Origin: Raillietiella orientalis
Lineage: Eukaryota
Direction of reading: 5' to 3'
DNA: 64,000 nt
NCBI GenBank assembly: GCA_036172245.1
Contig: JAYWIR010000031.1
Location: 1,426,001-1,490,000, forward strand
The notes under the pieces were generated by a model that saw only the letters and a program-made list of their open reading frames with translations, was not told the DNA's origin and did no database searches. The position numbers and the translations under genes were made by a program. This document shows, piece after piece, positions 24,301 to 35,500 of this stretch; positions within the stretch are counted from its first letter, which is position 1; each line of letters starts with the position of its first letter.

Positions 24301-27300
24301 AGAGCACAATCTTGAAGCTGAATCTTAAGGATCGAGTGCCGCCGTAGCTTCCGGTAATCATGCACTAAATGGTACCTCAACGGCACATGCCTGCATGTAC
24401 ATCTTGAGAAACTCGACTCAAGCAACCGCTACTGCTTCTGGAAGGTGAGTCCAGTTGGATTGAACAACAGAGCGAAAAGAAGGCAGATCCGCGAAGATTC
24501 AGAAAGGGGGCAAAGAGACGGGTGGGGAAGGGGTCTCTCAAACGTCGCAAGGGAACCGCTCGGTATCCTGCATCCCAATCGAAAGCGGGGATCAAAAAAT
24601 TTCCCTTCGGCATGTTCAGCTCTGTAATGATGTCGTTCCCTGCTTCAGGATGCTCTAGAATTCGATTCCTTCTATCCTGAATGTTTTTGTTATTTCCTCG
24701 TCTGAGTGCGAAGATCTGGAAAAGAACGTCTCACAGACCTGTGATGACCACTCGTGGACCCACCCGGTCTCCGGTTAGATCGCAGCAGAGCACTCCTACC
24801 ATGGGCTCATTTAATGCCGCTGCCAGACTTCTAGAGAGTCACTAGTTTCCAGCTGCTCCCTCTTTTGTCTTGGCTGAGCTGTGGATCTGCATGGGATCGC
24901 TGTGCGTTTTGTTCCAGGTCTCTCTCCCAAGGATAGGCCTTCCTTCTCGGGACAAACCTCCATTCTATGCGGCGGACCTCCAGCTCCACCTTGTCAGTTT
25001 GAAATCTCTAATTGGAGAGCCCTCTCGAGGCTCGGTGCTGTCTTCAGATACCCCCATGTTCCTCCCTGCCCGACTACGCAATTCCTTCTCTGTTTCCAGA
25101 TTCACGGGAAATATGATACAAAGATACGAGTCTCCCCTGCTGGTATACCCTCCTTTCCGTCTGACTTACAGTGCCCCTATTGGACGAAATGTGACATCTC
25201 CTGGATTCTCGTTCGTGTTACGAAAGTCACTAAAACCAGACGTCATAACAACAACTAAGAACAGGGCCGTGCGACTCTTCACGGGATTCAGCCGACCGGA
25301 AACGATGCAAGAGTTACGGTTCATGGTGAGTCGCTGCATTAGGAAATTTCCTTGCCTTTTCAGGCTCCCTGAGACATGCCCAGGCACAACCAGGTAAGCT
25401 TAGCTTTTTCTTTTGAACATTCTGACCACTTTCCTTTCCCTTCCGCTTCTACGTCGTCCGGCCGACGTAGGTGGGCATAAGTATAATACAGGTGGGCAAA
25501 GGGAAAAGGGGTGTGGAGGAATACGAAGAGATGACGAAGGGAAGGAGCGATGGTGCTTTTAGAACAAGCAGAATGGCGGGACGCACTCATGTCGAGAGAT
25601 CACTGGCGAGAAATGATTCAGGGATCGTTGAAGGAAGGAGGCTGCAGTCGCCGAGAAAGACGGGACGAGGTCGTCCAGCAAAGGGTCGCGTAAAACGGAA
25701 CGGTTAATTGAACGTGTGGGACCCTGTTTTTCGAGCTGCGAATCGTGTCGTCTCCTGGGGTGGCGCGAATCTGTCGGAGCAGAGAAAGATCGGCGAGGTT
25801 CCCGTGCGGGTCGGCCCTTGTGGTTGCTTTGGCGAGATCAGCATTCGCGCGCCCTCCGGAGACATTTCCGTGGTGCTCCTCGTCTTCCCTCAAGGCCATG
25901 AAATGCGTGACCTTGAAATGCACTTCAGAAGTACCTCCTCGGGAAGGCCTCCTATGGAAAAGTCATCCGCACGAACTTTTCTAATCTCTTCGCCTTCTGC
26001 TCCCCCTCTCCCCCACACACCGAGGAAGCCGAGAAGCCTTTTCTCTGGGGAAGCGTTCTTTTCAGCCTAAGGAGGCACGTTTCCAAGCAGCAGGAGATTC
26101 CATGAGAGAGTTTCTGAGCATGTGAATGACGGTGCTCTGCAGTTCTCCTCCTAGCAAATCTTGTAAAAGATTTGCAGGAGGTGCTGCGTTCGTAATCTTC
26201 CTCCACCTTTTAGTTTGCTACCTGGAGGTCGGGGAACTTCCGCTCTGTGAAGGTGCACAAGGTTCCATTAGGGGTGAGGGACATTTTTTTTTCTGGTGCT
26301 TTTTGGGGAGCAGCAGACTTGAGCTCCAAAGCGGATGAGAAAGAAGCTTAGAGCCTGGGAGGAGAGCAAAAATTCGTCCTCTTCTGAGATTCCGCTGATG
26401 TCCGCTTGCACGTGCAAGGGCGTAATCTGGCCGCAAGAGTGACGTAAGCAGTTCATCTTACGGAGTGAACAGTGGCCTACGGGAATGAGTGAGCGAAAAC
26501 CGCGCAGAACGTCCATAGTAGGCAAACCAGCTCGAAAGAGATCCTTTGGGAAGGTCAAAAGAACAGTAGCGAATCCCAGTGCTAATCTACCAGCACTGAA
26601 TTGTTCTTGTTGTCCTGAAGAGGTCGGTGACACTATATTGGTTAGCAGCTATTAGAGAAGAGGGTTTCCCATGACCCAGAGTCGCAGTGTTTGCGAGCTC
26701 GCCAACGCAAATGTTCCTGCAGAAAGACTGAAAGCTGCTTCTTGGCTTTGACGACGAAGGACGGAGTAAGCAAGAAGCGACACCGAGCAATGGCAAATGC
26801 AAGATGGAGATTCTCTCTTTCGCCTAAAACTGAAGCAAGGGAAGTCGCGAGGCAATCGTCTGGAAAACCACCGACTGTTAGGTATGAGCAGTTCTCTCAG
26901 AGGACCTACGAATCCAGATGGCTTGTGACTCGAGAGGTGTCGTGGGAGCCGCAAAAGAAGTGGGATAGCAGGCGAAGGGGTCAGTCGACAGCGGATACTT
27001 CTAATCGGTTTAGACGCTTCCCGTAATAAGTCTTTCCGGGTGTGGAGACAACTGAAGACAAGCTTCCTGCTATGTCCTGAGGGATTCGCCTGAATCAGAC
27101 AACTGGGAGAGTGCAACGACTTTCGTCAACACTTCGTAAGATCTACTCGCTTGGTTCCGTTCTGTCCACCATTCCGAGTAGCTAGCGTGCTGGATTGCTT
27201 TTTTTGTTTTTTACATCCTTCAAGCAAAGGATGTTGATGCCTTCCGTGAAACGAGAGCGCCAAGTCGGCAGGACATTCCGATCACCAGACCACGCTTGAG

Positions 27301-29909
27301 CAGCTGGAGGCGAATCTGTCTCTGACTGGACAGCAAGGATCCTTGTGCTAAGTAGCGGGACTTCATTTTCGCAAGGAAAAGACCAGATGCGTTTTGGGCC
27401 AGAGGCCATTTTCGGAGTGGGTTGGTAAGGTGAGCGGGCGTCCTCTTGGACAGGAAATGGCAGTCTGAATCGGGAGGTTCCGGGACATCAATCACAAGTG
27501 CCCCAGCATCACCTTGCAAGGATTGCTATCTCTGCAAGTTGAGTGGGAGAAAAGCGATTCTTCACAGTAAACTGCATGGATAAAAGGAGACAGGGAAGGA
27601 GGAGGAAGAAAAATCCTCCTTTTCGATCCCCATGTGGAGAGTTTTGTCTTCGCGATGCACACTCTACGGAATGTCGTAGGCCGAGGAGATGAAAGTGCGA
27701 GCTCATCGATCTCCCATGACTCATCCAGAGGCTGCTACGCTTCCTTCGCAGTGACGGTGCATCTCCTCCTCTTCTATCGCCACTGCTGTCGTTGGGTACG
27801 CCTAGTGGAACCAGAACCACAGCCATAAAAACGTACAGCAGCAGATTACGGGTGTTTCTGCGAAGACACCCCTTTTGTAGCGATCCTAGAGTCGTTTCCT
27901 GGAAAGAAATGTACACAGAAGTGGTACCGACCGGATGATTTTTCTTTGCCTTTTTTGTTCTGATGCTGCTCCGATTTAGATCTCCCATGCGCATTTTCCC
28001 ATGATAATCCGTGATCAGGCAGACCCGAAGGCACACCTGAGGCAGATGCGGCAGGGATGCTTGCGTTTCACGCTTTGCTTCCACTAGCCTCTTCTCGTGG
28101 TCTCACGCGTGCGGACATCCACCAGAGTTTTTTTGTTTTCTTTCACTTTCCACTCTCAGACCTTTCTTCGCAACGAGGTAGCAAGAGGGAAAGAGCCTTT
28201 GTCTGCACCGAGATGCAGTTCTCTTGCAGAGTTCGACGCCAGAGAGAGCAACCTGTTTCCTTTTCAGTTTCCTGCCTCCCGTTGAGACTGTAGAAGGTTG
28301 GTCTACCCGTGCACCCGCTGTACCGGGTGGTTTGCTGATCTTTCAGTGCCTCCATTTCGGCAAGGGAAGCAAAAGCCGTCCGCTACGGTAACAGTTCCCA
28401 CTGCCTCGCAGATTCCAACACCAGCGCGACTCTTCTCAGCCGGCACTCGCTCTACGCTTGCATTCATTTAAGAGCTGCCATTTCAGCCTTGGTCAAATGG
28501 ATACTGCCGTCCTGTGGTGCACATAAAGGCCAAAGTGGATAAAGGAGAGAAACTCATTGTCAACCTTCATGGGATGAAGATCCATCCGGCCGGCACTCCT
28601 GCCACCAGGTTCGAAAACACGACTGTGAACAAAGTCTTCGAAGCGAAGTTCTTCAAATTCCCTATAAGAGTCCTCATATTCAGCAAGCGCACCTGGAAAA
28701 ACTCCAAAACGTGGACTTTCTCACATTATTCCAAATGCCTCTGAGCTCAGGTTTCCAGAGCTGCTGCCTTCCCTCCGCTCCTCCCCTTCCCCGTTCCCCA
28801 CGCTACCCTTTCGAGTTGTTCAATAAACAGTGAGATGCTCTGAGGCGAGGTGGTCGATTTCTGTGCTTAGGAGGGGAGAGGGGGAGGAATCGGTGGAAGT
28901 CAGGTGGCCTTTCTTGATCTTTTTCGTTCTCCCGTGGCTGCTTTTGCTCCGGCGTCCCGAAATGCTACTGTTAGCGGATCACGGGAGTTTCGCGGAACGC
29001 AAACTTTCTTCGCCCCCATCCGTCCCCTCGTTCTCGTCTCGGTCATTGCGAAAACCGGCTACGTAGCCAGGAAACGTTTCCCGGAAACGAAACGCTTTTG
29101 CAAACTCTCTCCTCAGAGGACTCTCCTCTTCCTGCTCCATCCCGGACATCTTCCCATGAGAGAGAGTCTCGATGACCGCCAGCTTGGCTGGAAGAAAAAG
29201 ACGATGACCACGCACACACCCCTCGGTGGCAGCGCCTCATCATTTCCTAACACGCCCGGGGCATCAACCTAAGACCGACTCGAGGCAGGTTAGTTTTATC
29301 TTACTGATGAATGGTCGTTGCGGCGGGAACGCCACTCAGTTCGAGAGGAACAGTGGATTCGGTCATTCGGACCATGTTCTTGATCGCGTTGGAGCGAAGC
29401 CACAAGCCGCCGGGACATGCCTGAACGCCCCTCTAAGGCAGAATCCGTCCTGGTGGGGAGAAGAGGTGCCATCGCACCTCCAGCATCGGGCGGACAGTTC
29501 GGGAGTGCCGGGAAGTTCTCCAGGGACGGGTCCTGCCGCCGCTGTCAAGACCCGACGGGCGAAAAAACCTCATGCGCATTCGAGACGCGCGCAGAGAGGT
29601 CGCGCGGAGCGACTGGGCCCGGCAGACTGACGCATTTTCGCCGTCCGGATCTTCTCGAGTATTCCGTATGGCGAACGAACGTGGAGCGGTCAAATCGTCC
29701 CTAGACGGCTTACGTGCCGACCATTATTGGTGCTGTACTTAGTGGAGCAGTCACCACACTGCGATCCACCAAGGCTAAGCACTTCCGGTGAGAGATTCGT
29801 AAAGACAAAAATCAACACATCTGACATGCTTCAACCACGAACTCGGCTCTCCATGGGATACTGTTGCTAGAGGAACCTAGCTTTACCGCCAACGAACAGG
29901 CTTTTTTTT

Positions 29910-31410
29910 TCTTTTGGTTCGCTGAGTACCTCAAGAGCCGTCGCACACCTTCAGCTCACGCAGCTCTTTAACTCTGTCCCACTCCACCCGAGGGTGCGTG
30001 TAATTCTTCAAGATAGGGGATATCTCGGGAAGAAACCACCATCTGAATCCCAGAAGGGCTCCGGAGAAGGAACTCCGTTCCTCTCACTCCTGGGAGGGAT
30101 TCCCGGAAATAACTTCCACCCTGTTTGTCTCCGAAGGAAACCCTGAAGGGAATCTCCTTCCTTATTTGCTCTGGGATGGGGGTGGCCCACGGAAGGGTCG
30201 GCTCTATGTTTTCTCCTCCGAAGGGAACCCAGAAAGGATCATCTAGTAGAAATTTCTTCTCCGGAGGGAACCCGCAAGGGAACTGCTCCTGTTCACTCCT
30301 CTGAAGAGAACCCTGAAGGGACGCTTCCGAAATTTCTCAAAAAAGCACTCCCCGAAGAGAGAGGCACGTTTCTCTGCACTCTTTGGAGAGGTGGCAATAA
30401 ACCTACTGCATCAGTCCGACGCGGAGGTTTCCTCCGGAATGGAGGTTCGCTCCTTCACAACCAGTGGGGTCGACCCACTCCTTGATTCCTGGAAGCACCC
30501 GGAGGTCGACCCCCAATTCCGGCCAGTCATCGGACATCCGATTTAAACTGCCACCAATGCCGCACCCGAATGAATGGAGGCCAACCAGTGTTTCTTTTTT
30601 TTTTTTTTTTTTAAGGGTTTTCTTTGTTTTTGGTTCGCTAAGTACCTCAGAGCCGGTCGCGTGCCTCGCGGCGCACGTGGCTCTTTTTAAACATTAACAC
30701 ACTGTTTTGTTTCCACGCCCCTCCGCCCGCGGCAACCCGCAGGGGGGACCTGTAATTCTTCAGGATAGGGAGCACCCCGGGAAGGGGGTCCGCCCTATGA
30801 ATCCAGGAAGGGCTCGGAGTCCGTTCCTCTCACGCTTGGTTCTCACCTCCCACCCTGGTTGTCTCCGAAGGAGAACCCCGAAGGGAATCTCCTTCCTCAT
30901 TCTCTACGGAGGGACACCCCCTGGGAGGGGAGTAGTCCTCTCCATTTCAGCTTCTCCGAAGGGAACCCGGAAAGGATCCGCTTCTAGGAATTTCTTCTCC
31001 GGAGGGAACCCGCAAGGGAACCGCTCCTTTATTCACTCCTCTGAAGAGAACCCGAAGGGACGCTTCCGAAACTCAGAAGGGGCGCTGCAGCTTCCCGCAG
31101 GGGAATCGCTCTCGCTTGCTTCCTTGCACTCTGTGAAGAGGCGACGACTCGGAGGGACCCCCCAACAGGGGGGTCCGCTCCTTTGAACAACTGGAGAGGT
31201 GCCCCTGAGGGCTCCTGCTCCATCTTGAAACCGGAGGTGGTCCCCCGGTGACGGGGGTCCGCTCTCCGTTGCACGACAGGAGGGGGAACTCCCCAATCCT
31301 TGATTCCTGGGAGGACCCGAAGGTCGACTCCCATTGTTCCGGCCTTCATCGGGAGGCCTCCGGCTTTATCCACCGCCGGGAGGCCACGCCCGAATGTCTC
31401 GGCCAACCAG
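29910..31410. repeat. Diverged tandem duplication of a ~700-780 bp hairpin-rich unit
   Basis: Colinear shared blocks: TTTTGGTTCGCT(G/A)AGTACCTCA at ~29912 and ~30628; TGTAATTCTTCA(A/G)GATAGGG at ~29999 and ~30751; AATTTCTTCTCCGGAGGGAACCCGCAAGGGAAC at ~30251 and ~30989; TCCTTGATTCCTGG at ~30478 and ~31297. Confidence 0.9.
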
Positions 31411-31464
31411 CGCCATCTTGCAGGAGAAACTCGGAACCCAAACGACGCAGTGGCGTCAGTTATC

Positions 31465-31531
31465 TGCCGAAGTATTCGAACCCGCGACGCGTGGTACCAC
31501 ACGCGGAAGCCTAAACCACAAGGCCTCCGAC
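31465..31531 (-). ncRNA. tRNA-like sequence with Pol III A/B-box-like motifs (not a functional tRNA)
   Basis: GTCGGAG pairs with CTTCGGC (7-bp acceptor-like stem, followed by A). D-arm GCC-TTGTGGTTTA-GGC, central arm CGCGTG-TGGTAC-CACGCG, and GGGTTCGAAT T-loop/B box. The 3' strand of the T stem is missing. Confidence 0.55.
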
Positions 31532-31601
31532 GCGGGCACCAGTGTTTCTTTCAGGAGGAATTCGAACCCACGACGCACCCTTATCTCTCGACGTCGATTC
31601 T

Positions 31602-31667
31602 TGCCGTGTATTCAAGCCCGCGGAGTCTGGTGCCACGCGTGGAGACCATAACCACGTGGCCTCCGAC
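31602..31667 (-). ncRNA. Second, more diverged tRNA-like head
   Basis: GTCGGAGGCCACGTGGTTATGGT...CGCGGGCTTGAATACACGGCA aligns with 31531-31465. It is followed by an extra B-box-like GTCGTGGGTTCGAATTCC at ~31574-31557. Confidence 0.45.
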
Positions 31668-32483
31668 ACTGGAGACCTCTCCGAAGAACAGGTCTTTGTT
31701 AACACGAAACAGAGAGAAGCCGAGAAGAAGGCAAGAGGATCGAAGAGCCGTTCTGAAAGCAAGCGCTTGAGGTGCTGTCGCAGAGGCATTCGGAGGAACC
31801 GAGAGTCATCGGGAGCGGGTCGTCCGGAAACCACAGCAACCGGTTTCCGTCTCGGAGGCGCTCGGGAGGGAGCCTGCTCCTCTAGAGGAGAGATTCATCT
31901 GAGCCGTGGGACCAAAGGAATTCTGGGGAAACGCTCAGGCAGAGGAGGTACGGCCTACTGCAAGCACCTCGCTGTTGTCACCGGAAAGGCTTCCTCTTCT
32001 GCCCTCCTGGAGTTTGGAGGACAGGTTCCTACTTTCCTTCAGCTCCGCTCAATCCAAGTTCTCTGACTGGCCGGAAGTGCGAAAAATGGGTCGCAGGAAT
32101 GTTTCCCATTTGTCCAGAAGCTCCGATTCAGCTTTCAGGATCTCCTCCTTGAGACAGTTCTTCAGCTGTGACGATCTTTCAAGAAAGAAGCAAGACGTGA
32201 GCAGATACTCATCTTCTTGCTCTCGGAGAGCTCCGCGTCTGGTGACCTCTGATAGCTTTTCGATTTCTCCCACTGGGAAGCATAAAATAGGTATAAAAAT
32301 CTCCCCTCCCTTCATCTCCTGACCGTTTCCTCTCTCCGTGCTGCTTCAGGGTAGCTCGATTGGAATCGGTCCAACCTCACGTCCGGATATCTTCGTACTT
32401 CATGCCACCCGAGAGGTTTCACCTCTACCAGAGGCTGTTCTCCCCTATTCCGGAAATCTGCCGATAAGCGAGTTAGCTTTGTT

Positions 32484-32515
32484 GGGGAGACGCATCGATC
32501 TCGATGCGTCTCCCC
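32484..32515. repeat. GC-rich perfect inverted repeat, 15-bp arms with a 2-nt spacer
   Basis: GGGGAGACGCATCGA-TC-TCGATGCGTCTCCCC. Confidence 0.9.
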
Positions 32516-35500
32516 CCATTGCTTTGCTGGAGCTAAAGGAAATCGCCTGGCTCTCCTGCTGCTCTCTAGGACATGAGGTCAGAATGCAGCGAGTGAGGCA
32601 GCCAATCTTTGCACTCTGAAAATTCCCGGAGCAGAAATCCTTTTGATTCGCCTCGCAAAAGGAACCCCTCTGAAGAAAAGGCTTCCCCATCGGGAAGCCC
32701 GATGCTTCATCCCGTGCTTGGGATGGATCTGCCTCTGCAACGAAGCCTGTTGCTGGCCTGAGGTGATGATGCCGTAGCTGCCTACCCTGTGTGTTCTGCC
32801 CCTGCGCGAAAAGGGACCAATCCTCGGAAAAGTCAGGGATCCTGGAGGGGTCGGCTATGCCGAGGCACTATGCGTCGAAGGCAAATCGAGGGGAAGAGCG
32901 AAGCTGGAAGAAGGTGACCGGCGAGGGAGGGAAATGTGCGACTTTTCGGTTAGGCTTTCCCCCTCTCCCTCCCCCCCCCCCATCCCCTCCTTCCTCTCGT
33001 ACCGGGGCGCTGACTGATCAGTTGAGCCTCCACCAGTTGCAGAGTTCAGCTCGTGAATCCCCATCCACTTCCTGGATGAAATGATTCCTGATACATGAGG
33101 GTTGCAACATTTCATTAATGGGAAGGAACGTGACAAATGAGTTCCAAGCGAGCACGAGGGAGCGCCGTTCCGCAGCAGCTGGTCGCGAGCTGCTGCAGAA
33201 GTTCAGGAAACTCGGATTTCGAGGCCAGCAGCCATCTCCAGTTGCTCTGGGAAGATCCTTCTCAGGAAGCAGCAAGTGAAAGGTCGTTTGAGAGGCACCG
33301 AGGAAGGCGATATCGAAGTGACTGCAGCATCTTGCCCGAGCATCAAGCTGCTGGTGGTGGTGGTGGTAGCGTTGCAGTTCCCGTCACTCGAGGCAACCAA
33401 TCTCACACACGACTCTCCCGAGAGGTTCACGCAAGGGAAAGGCAAAGGTAGATTTCACAACTGGGAAGAGCACCAGCAGACAAGCAGGTGTCAGGAGAGG
33501 ATCCTAAGATGCTTGGAAAATGAGTTCCGGGAAAAATAATGTAATTCTCCTGTTTCTCTGGTTTCAGCACATTTCGGGACTTTCTAAATGAAAAAAGAAG
33601 AAGTAGAAGAAGAAGAAGAAAGGAGCACGAGAGAGAAAAGAAAGGAAAAAAAAAAAGAAAAGGAAAAAGCTATCGCTCCCAAAAGTCACAGTCGCAGGAG
33701 AACGGAAAATATCAGTCTTCAACACCAAACGGATTGACCAAAAAAAGAAAGCCCGTGCACGAAGGAAAAGTGTTTGAAATTTGTACACGCTTCAGAGAAT
33801 TTACGATGCATTTGTTTCTTCTCTTCCTAATCAGAACTCGATGCATTTTGTTTCGCAGGATAAATGAGTGCATGTACGTATGTATATGTGGGCACACAAA
33901 CGTATGAAGGTCAGAAGAAGCATGATTTCTTGAAATGTTTTTAAACAACAGGTAATTAGAAGATAGAACGATAGTTTGCCACAAATACACGAATAGGAAA
34001 TTACAAATTTGCTGGAACTACATTGCCTACAGAACACACCCTTACTATGTGCGTGATGACGTAATTCCCAACCGTTTTGGATGAGCACAACCGATGTCGC
34101 GGAGTGCTGAGGATTTTTTTCAATACATCCTTCCATCAAAGAAAGCCTTCCAGGAATAAAATCAGAACCATAAAAAATCTGATGATCCGAACAGCTGATA
34201 AAATCCATCAAGCTAGAGACCCATCCTTAGTCAGAGTAATTGCATTCCAGAGTCTCTTGCTGAAGCTGAGGGATTCTTTTGCCCCATTTGAAGAGAAAAT
34301 TTTAAGAATCTTGTTGGATTTCCGTTCCACTATACAAAGCATTCAACGGACACAGCCAGTTGTTGTGCACAGATTTTCAATCACTTGATCCGCGGTAGGA
34401 GAATGTCGTCTCTTTAACACCAGATTTCGTCATGTTAAAGGCACATCAGCAACGATTTCGTTGTCTATCAATATGGTAAATCCAAATCTCTAGATGTGTT
34501 GCCAAATGTCGACGGAAAACAACTTTAAAGAAATGTAGTCAGCAACCAATGGGTTGGCATGTGCTAATCAGTAGAAAAACAAGGACGAGAAAGACATGGT
34601 TCCAGGATGTATGAACGATTTAGATAATCTTGTATAAAGTTTGGAGGGTTCATAGAAAATAGCTGCAGAAACAATTTTCAAACTTGCTTTCCGATGGATA
34701 CATTCTGTTGTTGTGATTGTTTTGGAAGACAGAAATCATTCGATGTCCCATGGGAGGAATGTGGACGTAGCTTTCGTTACGTTTCGAACATCCCCAGTAA
34801 AGTACCGACTCGTAAATATTGTGATTGATATTAATGCCTGATTTATTTAAATTGGCAATTTTGAAAAGCTGCTTCTGCACAGTTTTGTCGCACAAAAAGC
34901 CCACTTGCATCTGCAGGAGATTACTCCCAGCTTAGTTGGAAAAAAAAAAAAAAAATGCGTGACTGTCCTAATGTTAATTTTCCCATTATTTAGTCCTGAA
35001 TTTCGGGCAAAAACAAAAGAGAGACGAGAAAGTTTCTGTATATTTTATTTCTCCCTGAAATAACAGTATTGCACATAGTTAGTCCCAGTTTCCTTTTCAA
35101 CTTCGAAATATCAAAGTATTTGAAAAACATGACCTGATGCTGACTCTTAAATTATGTTAAACTTTAGTTGAACTGGAAACCTCAGCTTCTCCTAATCTTA
35201 ATTTCATAAAATGGAAGATTTCAAGAAAATCGAGTTCTATGAGTTCGAGCCTTGAAGCTTATTTCATGAAGATGGATGACTTGTCTGAAGGCGTTCAACA
35301 CAAGGAAAGCATTCTGTAAGAAGTCCCAATTCAAGGAGTACAGAGTTCTCTTGCAATTGTTAAGCAAACGTCTTTACTTATTAATATTTTCTGAATGCTG
35401 CAGGCCGAGGTAATTTTTCTTGGAAAACAAAGCACAAATTTGTTTACTACATTATCAATTATGGAATATAAAAAAATAAAAACAATGAGACAATGCGTTT

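Larger units (their letters stand above)
29902..31667 (-). mobile_element. Putative tRNA-derived SINE-like compound element (two heads, two bodies, two A-rich tails)
   Basis: Order on the - strand: tRNA-like head (31667-31602), second head (31531-31465), body (~31410-30630), A tract (~30612-30595), diverged second body (~30590-29916), A tract (~29915-29902). No TSD was identified. Confidence 0.45.

Noticed and set aside
30301..31075. Hammerhead ribozyme cores CTGAAGA...GAAA at 30301-30332 and 31041-31071
   Set aside because: Stem II is imperfect, and I could not build stems I and III with a valid cleavage triplet. An Infernal search would settle it.
31465..31667. Functional tRNA genes
   Set aside because: The T stem lacks its 3' strand, there is no canonical 7-nt anticodon loop, and no oligo-T terminator follows.
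34052..34112. C/D-box snoRNA (GTGATGA...CTGA)
   Set aside because: No terminal stem, no recognisable guide sequence and no host-intron context.
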